Part shown: positions 7,790 through 18,267 of the stretch, piece after piece
Layout: every line of letters begins with the position of its first letter
Position numbering within the stretch: the first letter of the stretch is position 1
From: Bacteroidales bacterium
GTDB taxonomy: Bacteria > Bacteroidota > Bacteroidia > Bacteroidales > UBA1402
Reading direction: 5' to 3'
Length of the DNA stretch: 64,000 nucleotides
Assembly (NCBI GenBank): GCA_035719105.1
Contig: DASTGN010000009.1
Span: 72,708-136,707, forward strand
Program-made: the position numbers and the translations under genes
The notes under the pieces: generated by a model
Told to the model about the DNA's origin: nothing
Seen by the model: only the letters and a program-made list of their open reading frames with translations
Database searches by the model: none

Positions 7790-10018
7790 TTAGAATTTCA
7801 CCGTAAATTTAGCCAAATAATTCTGCGGTGCCACTACATAAAGGCCTTTTTCGGTATACGTAGGGTCGCCGTTGGCAAAATGTGCCTCGTAGCCCCAAGC
7901 ATTGTTCGCATATTTGGCGCTGAACACGTTGTTTACATACACCCCTAAGTTGGCATCGGCTCGTCCAAACAGTTTAAATTCGTAGTTGGCCGAGAAATCG
8001 GTCTGATTGTAAGCTGGGAGCTTCAAATCATCATTCTGAGTGTTGGTATAGTATTGCTGGGCAACGTATTTGTTGACGACGTTCAAGCGAACATTCTCAA
8101 TGGGCAAATAACTCACACTCAAAGCGGCAATCACTTCCGGCGAATTCGGCAATTTGATTTCGTTGAAATGTTGTGATTTTTGTGTGGCACTGGAAATCCA
8201 TGGGTCGTCAGAAATGGATTCATAGGTTTCGTACCATGCGGTGTAATCGACGATGCGGTTTCGGCTCAAGGTGGCGTTGGCGTCGATCTGAAGGCAATGG
8301 CAAGGTTTGTAACCCGCTTGAAGTTCGATTCCGGTGCGATAGCTTTTGGGCGCGTTGCTCATCAGCACATAACCCACCTCATTGAGCTTGCCCGTGGGCA
8401 CCAACTGATCCTTATAATTCATGTAATAGACATTGGCGGTGGCCATCCAAATCGTATTGTCGAACGAATAGCCCAACTCGAAATCCGTCAAGCGTTCGGC
8501 TTTGATGTCGGCCGTGCTGCCTGCTTTGCGGGCATCCTTGATGTCGGCGCGGGCTGGTTCGCGATTAGCCACTGCAACAGATGCAAACAGCTTTTGCTCT
8601 GCATTCAAATCGTAAAAGATTCCGGCCTTTGGATTGAAGAAATTCCAAGTGCGGTGTTGGGAGAAATCGGTCATGTCATCGTCGTCTAAGCCTTTCAGCA
8701 CATAGTCCACATAGCGGTACTGCAAGTCTAAATAGGCGTTCAAGCCATTACCCAGGTCGTATTCTGCCTTGGCAAAAATGTTGGCATCGGTTTTTTTGGC
8801 GTTGTTGCGAACCCATTCAAAGTTGGTGGGAATGGTTGCATTGCGTTCCACCCAACGTAATCTGGCATAGTGATCGCCGTCGTAAAACGTGTACATGGCG
8901 CCGCTCTGAAGGTTCAGGCCGTTTTTTCTATACTGCAGGTTGAGGTTGCCGGTATGAAAACCGTTTGACATGTTTTTTCGGCGAATCAGGTCGGTTTCAT
9001 AGTAGATTGTTCCACCCACTGTTTGATTGGGTATACCCATGCTAGAAAAGCTATTACCCATTATATATTCCTCGTAATAACCGTAGCCGTTGGTGTAATT
9101 CATTCCGGCGCTTAACAGTAAATTTTCTGTAAGTTCTTGTGTATAAAAGAACTGGAAATGATGCTGCCAATAATTGTCACTTTGATTGTCATAATAACTG
9201 CCGTCCGGTTTTTCGCCGGCTGGGTTGTAGGTCGGGTCCGTATCGAATTTTTCTTGTGAAATGCCTTCCCAAGTGATGCCGGTTTGCTCCTTGCCATAAA
9301 TGTAGTTGAATCTAAAAGCACCTTTGTTGAACCGTTTGGCGAAGGATGCGAACAACGATTCGTGGTCGAGCCAACCGTTGCGGATGTAACCGTCGGAATT
9401 CAATTTCGAATACCGAATGTCAACGCTGTAGCCCTTTCCGACCACACCGGTACCTGCCGCGATGTTTTCCTGAAAGGTTCCATAGCTGCCTACGGTCGTG
9501 GCCGATTCTACATAGGGTTTCATACCGGGAACGCGGGTGGTCATGTTGATGCTCGCACCAAAAGCGCCGGCTCCGTTGGTTGACGTCCCTACTCCGCGTT
9601 GCACCTGAATGGTCTGCAAGCCGGAGGAAATATCGGGTATGTCCACCCAGAACACATCTTGGGATTCGGGATTGTTGAGCGGAATGCCGTTCAAAGTCAC
9701 GTTGATGCGGCTGGCATCGGTGCCGCGAATGCGCATGTACGTGTTGCCGGAAGCGGTTCCGTTCTCACTGGTCGCCACTAAGGAAGGCGTCATCCAGAGC
9801 ACGAATGGAATGTTGTTGGCCAGCGTCAGTGCTTGGATTTGCTTGCCCTCCAGATTGGTCTGAGCGACCGGCGTTTGTTTACCTGCGCGATTTCCGATGA
9901 TGTAGACATCCTCGAGCTGGAGGTTTCTTAGACTGTCCTTGGCATAGGTTTCAGCCTTTAAAAAAGTGTTGGAAACGATGGTTGAAGCCGCCATCAGGCA
10001 TAAAAAAAACCTTTTCAT
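7790..10018 (-). CDS. TonB-dependent outer-membrane receptor, predicted thiamine or thiamine-precursor uptake
   Basis: It has a signal peptide and a plug-like region (RGTDASRINVTLNGIPLNNPE). The barrel is long and ends in AKFTVKF. A TPP riboswitch lies immediately upstream. Confidence 0.85.
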   Translation of the reverse strand: MKRFFLCLMAASTIVSNTFLKAETYAKDSLRNLQLEDVYIIGNRAGKQTPVAQTNLEGKQIQALTLANNIPFVLWMTPSLVATSENGTASGNTYMRIRGTDASRINVTLNGIPLNNPESQDVFWVDIPDISSGLQTIQVQRGVGTSTNGAGAFGASINMTTRVPGMKPYVESATTVGSYGTFQENIAAGTGVVGKGYSVDIRYSKLNSDGYIRNGWLDHESLFASFAKRFNKGAFRFNYIYGKEQTGITWEGISQEKFDTDPTYNPAGEKPDGSYYDNQSDNYWQHHFQFFYTQELTENLLLSAGMNYTNGYGYYEEYIMGNSFSSMGIPNQTVGGTIYYETDLIRRKNMSNGFHTGNLNLQYRKNGLNLQSGAMYTFYDGDHYARLRWVERNATIPTNFEWVRNNAKKTDANIFAKAEYDLGNGLNAYLDLQYRYVDYVLKGLDDDDMTDFSQHRTWNFFNPKAGIFYDLNAEQKLFASVAVANREPARADIKDARKAGSTADIKAERLTDFELGYSFDNTIWMATANVYYMNYKDQLVPTGKLNEVGYVLMSNAPKSYRTGIELQAGYKPCHCLQIDANATLSRNRIVDYTAWYETYESISDDPWISSATQKSQHFNEIKLPNSPEVIAALSVSYLPIENVRLNVVNKYVAQQYYTNTQNDDLKLPAYNQTDFSANYEFKLFGRADANLGVYVNNVFSAKYANNAWGYEAHFANGDPTYTEKGLYVVAPQNYLAKFTVKF

Positions 10019-10083
10019 GTTTTCTTTGGTTTAAAGTGAAACAATAAAAAGGGGTATTTGAGAAGTTGCACGGCCGTGCTGGT

Positions 10084-10162
10084 CTTTTTCCCGACGGTAG
10101 GATTATCTACATCCGGTTCAAAGGGTATTATCTCAGCCCCAATGCTTTGGGACACCCCTAAA
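10084..10162 (-). promoter_or_regulatory. TPP (THI-box) riboswitch aptamer
   Basis: The minus strand reads AGGGGUGUCCCAAAGCAUUGGGGCUGAGAUAAUACCCUUUGAACCGGAUGUAGAUAAUCCUACCGUCGGGAAA. The conserved GGGGUG, CUGAGA, ACCC, GAACC-GAU, GAUAAU and GGGAA elements are in the correct order. Confidence 0.88.
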
Positions 10163-10245
10163 ATTCTCTGCAAAGATAGGGATAAATTTTTCCAATTTCC
10201 TACCTTTGTGCTTCAAATAAAAATACAACCTTTAATTTATAATAG

Positions 10246-11439
10246 ATGGGAAAAGTACTCCAAATCGGCGCTGGCGGCGTCGGGACCGTGGTGGCCCACA
10301 AACTGGCCCAACATCCGGAAGTGTTCACAGACATCGTGTTGGCCAGCAGGACCAAATCCAAGTGTGATGCTATTGCAGAAGCAGTGGGTGGCGGTCGGAT
10401 TCGTACTGCTCAAGTGGATGCAGACGATGTAAATCAACTCATTGCATTGTTGACGTTGGAAAAACCGGAATTGGTGATCAACGTTGCTTTGCCTTATCAG
10501 GATTTGACCATCATGGATGCTTGCCTGGCCTGTGGCGTGAACTATTTGGACACGGCCAACTACGAACCTAAGGACGAAGCTCATTTTGAGTACTCCTGGC
10601 AATGGGCGTACAAAAAACGCTTCGAGGATGCTGGGCTGACCGCCATTCTGGGTTGCGGATTTGATCCTGGCGTAACAGGCGTTTGGACCGCATATGCCGC
10701 CAAGCACCATTTCGACGAGATTCATTACCTGGACATCGTGGATTGTAACGCTGGCGACCATGGCAAAGCTTTTGCCACCAATTTCAACCCTGAAATCAAC
10801 ATCCGCGAAGTAACGCAAAAAGGTAAATACTGGGAAAACGGCCAATGGGTCATCACCGAACCGCACGAAATCCATCAAGCTCTCAACTACCCCTCGGTAG
10901 GGCCGAAAGAGTCGTACGTCATTTACCACGAGGAGTTGGAATCGTTGGTCAAGAATTTTCCCACCCTAAAACGCGCTCGTTTCTGGATGACGTTCGGACA
11001 AGAATACCTCACGCATTTGCGGGTTATTCAGAACATCGGCATGTCTCGTATCGATCCCATCCTTTATAATGGGGTGGAAATCGTGCCCATTCAGTTCCTG
11101 AAGGCCGTATTGCCGGACCCGGGCGAACTGGGTGAGAACTACACCGGCCAAACCTCCATTGGGTGCCGCATCCGTGGTATCAAGGATGGCAAGGAGTTGA
11201 CGTATGCGGTTTATAACAACTGCAGCCACGAAGAAGCTTATAAGGAAACTGGCGCGCAAGGTGTGAGCTATACGACCGGTGTTCCTGCAATGTGTGGAGC
11301 CATGATGTTCCTGCAGGGACTTTGGAAAAAGCCGGGCGTGTGGAATGTGGAGGAATTCAATCCGGATCCTTTCTTGAAAGCTTTGGCCGAAAATGGATTA
11401 CCTTGGCAGGAGTACTTTGGAATCGACTTGGAGATTTAA
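10246..11439 (+). CDS. Saccharopine dehydrogenase family protein, possibly carboxynorspermidine synthase/dehydrogenase
   Basis: The N-terminal Rossmann motif is LQIGAGGVGTVVAHK. The 397-aa length and overall sequence fit this family. Confidence 0.7.
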   Translation: MGKVLQIGAGGVGTVVAHKLAQHPEVFTDIVLASRTKSKCDAIAEAVGGGRIRTAQVDADDVNQLIALLTLEKPELVINVALPYQDLTIMDACLACGVNYLDTANYEPKDEAHFEYSWQWAYKKRFEDAGLTAILGCGFDPGVTGVWTAYAAKHHFDEIHYLDIVDCNAGDHGKAFATNFNPEINIREVTQKGKYWENGQWVITEPHEIHQALNYPSVGPKESYVIYHEELESLVKNFPTLKRARFWMTFGQEYLTHLRVIQNIGMSRIDPILYNGVEIVPIQFLKAVLPDPGELGENYTGQTSIGCRIRGIKDGKELTYAVYNNCSHEEAYKETGAQGVSYTTGVPAMCGAMMFLQGLWKKPGVWNVEEFNPDPFLKALAENGLPWQEYFGIDLEI

Positions 11440-11555
11440 TATTTATTTCACGTATTATTATTATTTTAATAATATTTAACTGAAATAAAATGTGGAGGTT
11501 TCAGAATTTCGTTTATCTTTGAGTTCAGAAAAAAAAACATAAAAATTACGATAAA

Positions 11556-12587
11556 ATGGCAAAAAAAGAAGAAGCAGGTGCCCCTCTGGCTCCAGGCAAT
11601 GAAAAACTGAAAGCCTTGCAAGCTGCGATGGAAAAAATCGAGAAAAGCTACGGCAAGGGCTCCATTATGAAACTAGGTGACGAAGCCATCGAAGACGTCC
11701 CTGTCATCTCCAGCGGATCTATTGGATTGAACGTGGCTCTCGGTGTTGGCGGTTTCCCCAGAGGTCGAGTCATCGAAATCTACGGTCCTGAATCTTCTGG
11801 TAAGACGACCCTAGCCATACACGCCATTGCAGAAGCTCAAAAAGCTGGCGGCATTGCTGCTTTTATCGACGCGGAACACGCTTTCGACCGTTTTTATGCC
11901 GAAAAACTCGGGGTAGATGTGGGCAACCTTTGGATTTCACAACCGGACAATGGCGAACAGGCACTTGAAATTGCCGAATCGCTCATTCGCTCCTCTGCCA
12001 TCGATATTTTGGTCATCGACTCCGTTGCCGCATTGACGCCAAAAGCCGAATTGGAAGGTGATATGGGTGATTCAAAAATGGGTCTTCAGGCTCGTTTGAT
12101 GTCACAAGCCCTGCGCAAGCTTACAGCTGCCATTAGCAAAACCAACACAACTTGTATCTTTATCAACCAATTGCGCGAAAAGATCGGGGTGATGTTCGGC
12201 AATCCGGAAACAACCACTGGTGGTAATGCACTGAAGTTCTACGCTTCTGTACGTTTGGACATCCGTCGAATTGGACAAATCAAGGACGGTGAGGAATCCA
12301 CCGGTAACCAGACTCGTGTCAAAGTGGTCAAGAACAAAGTTGCGCCCCCCTTCCGTAAAGCTGAATTCGACATCATGTATGGTGAAGGCATCTCCAAGTC
12401 TGGAGAACTCATCGATATGGGTTCCGATTTGGGTATTATCAAGAAAAGTGGTTCCTGGTACAGTTACGGCGAAACCAAAATTGGACAAGGTCGCGAAGCA
12501 GCCAAGGAAGTCATGAAACAGAATCCAGAATTGGCAGATCAAATTGAACAGGAAATCTATGCAGCGCTAAAAGCTAAGCAAGCTTGA
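11556..12587 (+). CDS. recA: Recombinase RecA
   Basis: The Walker A motif is GPESSGKTT, and FIDAEHA and VIDSVAAL are present. Length is 343 aa. Confidence 0.98.
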   Translation: MAKKEEAGAPLAPGNEKLKALQAAMEKIEKSYGKGSIMKLGDEAIEDVPVISSGSIGLNVALGVGGFPRGRVIEIYGPESSGKTTLAIHAIAEAQKAGGIAAFIDAEHAFDRFYAEKLGVDVGNLWISQPDNGEQALEIAESLIRSSAIDILVIDSVAALTPKAELEGDMGDSKMGLQARLMSQALRKLTAAISKTNTTCIFINQLREKIGVMFGNPETTTGGNALKFYASVRLDIRRIGQIKDGEESTGNQTRVKVVKNKVAPPFRKAEFDIMYGEGISKSGELIDMGSDLGIIKKSGSWYSYGETKIGQGREAAKEVMKQNPELADQIEQEIYAALKAKQA

Positions 12588-12601
12588 GACCTCGTAAAAG
12601 T

Positions 12602-12648
12602 AAAACAAACAGGGTCGAACGAATCAATCGTCCGACCCTGTTTGTTTT
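12602..12648. terminator. Bidirectional hairpin terminator between convergent genes
   Basis: AAAACAAACAGGGTCG pairs with CGACCCTGTTTGTTTT in a perfect 16-bp stem. A/T runs lie on both sides. Confidence 0.75.
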
Positions 12649-12658
12649 AGTCTATTCG

Positions 12659-12982
12659 TTACTCAAAAACGCCCAACGAATCACAATAGGCAATTTCCGC
12701 ATCCACCACAAAGTGAATTTCTTCTTCAGTATAAACGCCTACTTTGTCCTTTTTTGATTGCTTGACCACAAATGCGGTCAATTCATCGAGGTCGATGTCA
12801 ACTTCGGTGTCGTTGTCTTCTAAAAAACCTTTTTCATCGTAAAACTCGTAAATGAGGTCAATGAGGTAACTCAAATCGTCATCACTGAACTTTTCTTTGA
12901 GTTCTTGGGGAATCTGATTTCGGATGAATTTGATGGCTTCATCGTCGTCGTAAGGCAGAAAATCTTCTTCGTTCGAATTCAT
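12659..12982 (-). CDS. Small, highly acidic hypothetical protein
   Basis: This is a clean 107-aa ORF, rich in D/E, with no recognisable motif. Confidence 0.5.
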   Translation of the reverse strand: MNSNEEDFLPYDDDEAIKFIRNQIPQELKEKFSDDDLSYLIDLIYEFYDEKGFLEDNDTEVDIDLDELTAFVVKQSKKDKVGVYTEEEIHFVVDAEIAYCDSLGVFE

Positions 12983-13002
12983 GAGAATAGCATTTAATTG
13001 GG

Positions 13003-14253
13003 TTAGAATCTTCGTTCAAGATGAATATCGCGGAAACCGAGAAAATAGAGGATGCCATCCAGTCCAATGGTAGAAATGGATTGACCAGCGCTTTCTTTAA
13101 CTTTGGGTTTGGCATGAAAAGCAATGCCCAAACCAGCTAAATTGATCATCGGCAAATCGTTTGCACCGTCACCTACCGCGATGGTTTGTTGCAAATCAAT
13201 ATGTTCAACTTGGGCAATTAGGCGTAAGAGCTCAGCCTTACGCTTTCCGTCCACCACATCACCGATGAAATTTCCAGTGAGCTTGCCATCCAGGATTTCG
13301 AGTTCGTTGGCATAAACGTAGTCGACATTGAAACGCTTCTTCAGCACCTCACCGAAATAACTGAATCCACCCGAAAGAATGGCAATTTTAAAACCACATT
13401 GTTTCAAAACGGACATCAGCTTGTCAGCTCCTTCCATGATGGGAAGCTGGTTGGCAATCTCGTTCAGAACAGTGGCATCAAGGCCTTTTAATAAAGCAAC
13501 GCGTTTGGAAAAACTTTCTTGAAAATCGATTTCACCGCGCATGGCAGATTCGGTAATGGCACGCACTTGTTCCCCCACTCCTGCCCGATCGGCAAGTTCG
13601 TCGATGACTTCGGTTTTGATGAGGGTGGAATCCATGTCAAAACAAATCAACCGCCTGTTGCGACGGAAAATGTTGTCTTCTTGAAAGGAAATGTCCACGT
13701 CCAATTCGGACGAGAGCTGAACCAATTGTTTTTGAATGGAATTTCGGTTGCTGAGCTCACCGCGAACAGAAAGCTCGATACAGGAACGTAAGTTTTCGAC
13801 ATCATTATTCAAGGGAGTTCGGCCGGTAATTCGTTTGATGGAATCGATGTTCATCTTTTCATCGGCCAAAACTTTTGTTACACGGCTTACCTGATTGGCC
13901 GTCAATACTTTACCAAGCAATGTCACGATGAAACGACCTTGTCCCTGACGGTTGACCCAATTGATATAGCGTTCGTCCGAGATGGGTGTAAACTTGATGC
14001 GCACATCCATTTCGGATGCCTTGAATAGCAAATCTTTGATGGCATCGCCCGAATTGAGGCGATTGTGCATTCGGAACAAAATTCCCAATGAAAGGCTGTG
14101 ATGGATGTCGGCCTGGCCTATGTCCAAAATTTCAGCTCCATAGCGGCCTAAAACTTCAGTCATGGCGGTCGTGACACCGGGACGGTCTTCGCCGGTAATG
14201 GTCACTAATAGAATTTCGTGTTCTACAGCCATCGGCAACGTCTTATGCTTCAA
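13003..14253 (-). CDS. serB: Phosphoserine phosphatase SerB with N-terminal ACT-like domains
   Basis: The HAD motifs FDMDSTL and GDGANDL are present. The N-terminal ACT-like region is ITGEDRPGVT. Confidence 0.88.
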   Translation of the reverse strand: MKHKTLPMAVEHEILLVTITGEDRPGVTTAMTEVLGRYGAEILDIGQADIHHSLSLGILFRMHNRLNSGDAIKDLLFKASEMDVRIKFTPISDERYINWVNRQGQGRFIVTLLGKVLTANQVSRVTKVLADEKMNIDSIKRITGRTPLNNDVENLRSCIELSVRGELSNRNSIQKQLVQLSSELDVDISFQEDNIFRRNRRLICFDMDSTLIKTEVIDELADRAGVGEQVRAITESAMRGEIDFQESFSKRVALLKGLDATVLNEIANQLPIMEGADKLMSVLKQCGFKIAILSGGFSYFGEVLKKRFNVDYVYANELEILDGKLTGNFIGDVVDGKRKAELLRLIAQVEHIDLQQTIAVGDGANDLPMINLAGLGIAFHAKPKVKESAGQSISTIGLDGILYFLGFRDIHLERRF

Positions 14254-14668
14254 CTTCCGGAGCTTTCTCTGTTTCTTCTTTGGGAGTAAAATCTGTATTC
14301 CCCGTTTCAGTCAACAAATTGTACCACTGCACCAATTTGCGGATATCGGTAGGATAAACGCGTTCACGGTCGAAGTCCGGAACAATCAGCTCAAAGTATT
14401 TGCGTAAGGTATCGTTGTCCGATTTTGGATCCACGCTGGCTTTAGCGCCGTTTTCCTTGACTTTGATGGCTTCCAGGATTTCGTGCAATGGTTTGTCTTC
14501 ACCTTCAGTGAACATGGAAATATCCCCTAAGGAGACCACTTTCTCGGAAGAATGGGCCGGAATGCGCTTGCCATCGGTCAGATTTTCGACAATAAGCATG
14601 TTTTTCCCTTGAGATAGGACTTTGTATAAGCCTGGTTTGCCTGAAATGGCAACGATTGATTTCAACAT
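14243..14668 (-). CDS. Conserved Bacteroidota hypothetical protein (DUF5606-like)
   Basis: The N-terminus ISGKPGLYKVLSQGKNMLIVE matches what I recall of this family. It overlaps serB by 11 bp. Confidence 0.55.
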   Translation of the reverse strand: MLKSIVAISGKPGLYKVLSQGKNMLIVENLTDGKRIPAHSSEKVVSLGDISMFTEGEDKPLHEILEAIKVKENGAKASVDPKSDNDTLRKYFELIVPDFDRERVYPTDIRKLVQWYNLLTETGNTDFTPKEETEKAPEVEA

Positions 14669-14681
14669 AAAATAAGCAGTT

Positions 14682-15278
14682 TTAAATATTGGGTACGAAA
14701 TTAGCTATTTTTTTTAACAGGTCCTCTATTTGAGGAATCAAAGGTGTGACCTCATCGTTGACCAAAATCAAGTCAGAGCGTTGAATGCGTTCATTGTCTG
14801 ACAGTTGATTGTGTAATCGAGCTTTAAACTCCTCTTTGCTCATTCCACTTCTGGCAAGGACTCTTTCCTGTCTGAGTGCTTCGGGCGCGGTGACGCATAC
14901 GATGATGTCGTACCTATTTTCAAGTCCGGCCTCAAAGAGAATGGCAGTTTCCTGAACAACAAAAGGAGCCTTTTGCTGACGAACCCACTCGATAAAATCC
15001 AGACCGACAACAGGATGTATCAAATTGTTGGCTGCCTGCATCAACGTTTTATCTTCGAAAATAGCTTTTGCCATGAAGGGACGATTCAGGCTTCCGTCTG
15101 GCATATAAACGTCATCGCCGAATAGATGCTTAAGTTGTTGAATAAGCGTTGAATCGGTCTGGCAAAGCTCTTTGGAACGGCTGTCCGAATCATAAACCGG
15201 AATGCCATATAGCCGCAACAATTCGGCCACGACCGTTTTACCGCTGCCGATACCACCAGTAAGTCCTACAATCTTCAT
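14682..15278 (-). CDS. coaE: Dephospho-CoA kinase
   Basis: The P-loop is GLTGGIGSGKT. Length is 198 aa. Confidence 0.9.
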   Translation of the reverse strand: MKIVGLTGGIGSGKTVVAELLRLYGIPVYDSDSRSKELCQTDSTLIQQLKHLFGDDVYMPDGSLNRPFMAKAIFEDKTLMQAANNLIHPVVGLDFIEWVRQQKAPFVVQETAILFEAGLENRYDIIVCVTAPEALRQERVLARSGMSKEEFKARLHNQLSDNERIQRSDLILVNDEVTPLIPQIEDLLKKIANFVPNI

Positions 15279-16279
15279 TGACTTTTTTCAGAAAGGCATT
15301 CCACCGATTCTGGTTGAATGCGAATGTTTTGAACCACTTCAGGACGTTTGATCAATCGAACTTTGCAGACGTTGTTTTTGGTTGTCAGGAAGTCTTTGTA
15401 ATCGACCACCGCTTGAAAATCGGACGCTTTGATTTTGTTGTAAACAGATAGTCCTAGGAAAAAGCGGATGTTGACCGTGGGTGGGAAGGATAACAAGGAG
15501 TGGCCGATGGGGAAATGCAAACCTTCGACCGGAATGGAAAAGGTTCGTTCCGTGAATTCTTCCACGCATAGGCGAACCTCCACAGTATTGACGGAGAATC
15601 GAGCTCCTTTAATAGGTTTAAGTCCGACCGTAACTACCGTCGTATCGCTTAATTCCTCCATAGAAAGAACCTGGGTTTCAACTCGTTCAATATTTTTGAG
15701 AATGCTGGCCGGAGCAAATACCTGAACAGTCGTCGGATGAATGAAGGGAGTGTCCGCCAACAAATGTTGAGAAGCAAAATTGAGGTTGGAAACCAAACGA
15801 ACAGGTACGTTTTTTGCTTTTTTAGGGGCGAAAAAAACAGGAATGAAATCCGGTTCGATTCGAATCAATTGGGTCGTGGTCATCAATTTTTCGCGCAGAA
15901 GCGACTCGATGGTGGAGGACGGAATTTTTCCAATATCCTCTTTATGGTAGTAATCCAGAATATTGAGCCGGATGGTTAGTCCTTTGCGATGTCGATAATA
16001 ATAATATAAGTTGGTGCCTTTGTCACGAACCGTTACGAAAACATAGGATGGTAGTTCGTTGGTGATGGAGATATGAGGTGGCAATTCACTGTAAATTACA
16101 GGTATACGCATTTCAACCTCACGTACTTCCTGAAGACTTTGGAGCAACCAGAAAAAACAGGAAATGGCGAGAAAAATCAAGAAAATCCGGAACTCCCTGC
16201 TAAACGGATGTTTAACGAGTGTCCGGATTTTTTTGTTCATTGGTTGCAGAAACCCCGATTTGGATGGAGAGTCTTCCAC
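15275..16279 (-). CDS. YbbR-like domain protein
   Basis: It has an N-terminal TM helix followed by repeated YbbR-like beta-rich segments. Its position between yajC and coaE is conserved. The start is uncertain; an alternative ATG is at 16240. Confidence 0.6.
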   Translation of the reverse strand: MEDSPSKSGFLQPMNKKIRTLVKHPFSREFRIFLIFLAISCFFWLLQSLQEVREVEMRIPVIYSELPPHISITNELPSYVFVTVRDKGTNLYYYYRHRKGLTIRLNILDYYHKEDIGKIPSSTIESLLREKLMTTTQLIRIEPDFIPVFFAPKKAKNVPVRLVSNLNFASQHLLADTPFIHPTTVQVFAPASILKNIERVETQVLSMEELSDTTVVTVGLKPIKGARFSVNTVEVRLCVEEFTERTFSIPVEGLHFPIGHSLLSFPPTVNIRFFLGLSVYNKIKASDFQAVVDYKDFLTTKNNVCKVRLIKRPEVVQNIRIQPESVECLSEKSQ

Positions 16280-16291
16280 AATTTCTGGTTA

Positions 16292-16621
16292 TTATTTCTT
16301 TTCTTCGGTTACAGCTTCGGTACCTGCAGCGAAAACAGCTGATTTTTCGACACGGATACGTACGTTTTCGGAGATTTCAATGATGAAAGAATCGTCCTTT
16401 ACATCTTTAATCTTACCAAAGATACCACCGGAAGTAACCACTCTATCGCCTGCTTTGAGGGCGGCGCGAGCTTTCTGGATTTCTTTCTGCTTTTTGTTTT
16501 GCGGACGAATCATAAAGAAATAGAACACTACAAAGATCAAAAGCATCGGTAGCAGCATGCTCATCATCGAACCTTGTCCGGCTGCAGCTGCGGCTTGCAA
16601 TAAAATGGTAGCTAAAGTCAT
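16292..16621 (-). CDS. yajC: Preprotein translocase subunit YajC
   Basis: It has a single TM helix, and the FFMIRPQNKKQKE and GDRVVTSGGIFGKI motifs are present. Confidence 0.9.
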   Translation of the reverse strand: MTLATILLQAAAAAGQGSMMSMLLPMLLIFVVFYFFMIRPQNKKQKEIQKARAALKAGDRVVTSGGIFGKIKDVKDDSFIIEISENVRIRVEKSAVFAAGTEAVTEEKK

Positions 16622-16682
16622 GTTTTTATTTTTTTAATGGTAATGTGCAAATATACATTTTTTTCGTAAATAGAAAAGGGTT

Positions 16683-17609
16683 TCAGGACTTGAACAATTT
16701 GTTTTCCTTACGAAGTTCTGTCACAATGTGGTCCAGTGTTCCATTGACGAACAGTCCGCTCTTTTGCGTGCTGTAGGACTTGGCAATGTCAATGTATTCG
16801 TTCAAACTGACATTGACAGGCACACCGTCAATATCCATGATTTCAGCCAAAGCCACCTGCAGGATGAGTAAATCCATCATGGCCAATCGTTCGATTTCCC
16901 AGTTTTTGACCGCCTCGTCAATGAGTGCGCGGTATTTGTCACGATTACGGATGGTGGTGCAGAAAAGATCGGAGGCGAACTTACGGTCTTCATCATCCTT
17001 GAACATCGGGAGCAATTCCTGATTGGCACCATTTTCCAGCTTGAAGCGCTTGATGGTTTTCATGACGAAAGTCAGGATGATTTCCAAATCGTCGTTCCAG
17101 TAAATATTCTGTTCTTCTAGGACTTCGGGCAACTCCTCGCTCTTTTGCAGGATGGACTTGAAGATTTTACGCCAAATTTCCTGATCGGCTTCGTAACTGG
17201 ATTCGGGAGCGTTCATGTATTCCAGGTAGAAATCGCTCGCCAAGATGGATTCGTAAATATTCTTGACAAAGGCTTCGTGGTTGACCCAGGACATTTTCGT
17301 ATTGTTCAAATACGTGTTCAGCAATTTGTTTTTAGCCAACTGTGCAACAAAAGCATTGTCAATGAAACGAGTATTCGGATTTTTTTCTTCCTCGCTGGGT
17401 AAGTACTTGTTTCTGGCGGCATCTAATCGCTGGTAAGCGAAATCGGTTACAGCCTGAATCAGTTGCAAGAGGTAGTGATACAAGTCAGCAGCTTTTTCGA
17501 TGCTGTGAAAGAATTCTTTTTCTGCCTTGGCTAGGTCTTTGGAGTCGCTTTGGTAGTAAGCGTAAACCATTTGAACCACCTTGATGCGTATGAGTGCGCG
17601 GTTGATCAT
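16683..17609 (-). CDS. nusB: Transcription antitermination factor NusB (long Bacteroidota form)
   Basis: The N-terminus is RIKVVQMVYAY, and a C-terminal NusB-like region (LAEI, DIAK) is present. It sits in the yajC neighbourhood. Confidence 0.8.
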   Translation of the reverse strand: MINRALIRIKVVQMVYAYYQSDSKDLAKAEKEFFHSIEKAADLYHYLLQLIQAVTDFAYQRLDAARNKYLPSEEEKNPNTRFIDNAFVAQLAKNKLLNTYLNNTKMSWVNHEAFVKNIYESILASDFYLEYMNAPESSYEADQEIWRKIFKSILQKSEELPEVLEEQNIYWNDDLEIILTFVMKTIKRFKLENGANQELLPMFKDDEDRKFASDLFCTTIRNRDKYRALIDEAVKNWEIERLAMMDLLILQVALAEIMDIDGVPVNVSLNEYIDIAKSYSTQKSGLFVNGTLDHIVTELRKENKLFKS

Positions 17610-17733
17610 ATTTGAAGGAGCTACTTATTATGATGCAAAAGTACTACAAAAAACCGTACGGAGCGTTGATTGTTTGGAATAAAATGCTGTACTTTGAATG
17701 GTCATACGAATCAATCACCATTCGAAAACGTTT

Positions 17734-18138
17734 ATGGAACAATTCAGAAAAGAAGATTCAGAACAGCGAGACAAAGAAATCGCCTACAGTCGAACCGTTA
17801 AGGCTGGCAAGCGCATCTATTACCTGGATGTGAAGCGCAGCAGGAACGAAGATCTGTATCTTTCTTTGACTGAAAGCAAGAAAAAGGTGTCTGGAGACCC
17901 TGAAAACCCGGATGTATCTTACGAAAAACACAAGATTTTCTTATACCGGGAAGATTTGTCCAAATTTACGGAAGCGCTCATCGATGTCATCCGCTTCATG
18001 CAGGACAACGACAGCCCTGAACCTAGCACCGATCTGGAGGAAGATCGTTTTACAGACGGCCTTTCCAACACCTTGACTGAGACCGATTTGATTGATGATG
18101 AACCAGCTATCAAGCTGAATTTGGAGGATTTCGAATAA
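17734..18138 (+). CDS. PUR-alpha-like nucleic-acid-binding protein (DUF3276 family)
   Basis: The core is VKAGKRIYYLDVKRSRNEDLYLSLTESKK, followed by an acidic C-terminal tail. I prefer the ATG at 17734 over the one at 17698. Confidence 0.65.
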   Translation: MEQFRKEDSEQRDKEIAYSRTVKAGKRIYYLDVKRSRNEDLYLSLTESKKKVSGDPENPDVSYEKHKIFLYREDLSKFTEALIDVIRFMQDNDSPEPSTDLEEDRFTDGLSNTLTETDLIDDEPAIKLNLEDFE

Positions 18139-18267
18139 ACCAAGTCTTGTTATTTGGTGATTCAACAGCTTTTTCATACCTTCGCGCCGCTTTTGACACA
18201 TCCGTGTGATGGGAAAAATTTGGAAGCAATATTCTAAAAATTTTTGAGTAACACAAAAACAATTCTT

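Noticed and set aside
8180-8689. A 169-aa plus-strand ORF lies inside the TonB-dependent receptor gene. Several similar ORFs occur at 9284-9863.
   Set aside because: These are shadow ORFs antisense to a well-supported receptor gene.
10237-10929. A 230-aa ORF lies on the minus strand inside the saccharopine-dehydrogenase-family gene.
   Set aside because: It is entirely antisense to a gene with clear family motifs. Its translation is low-complexity (rich in R, V, F, G) with no motif, so it is a typical shadow ORF.
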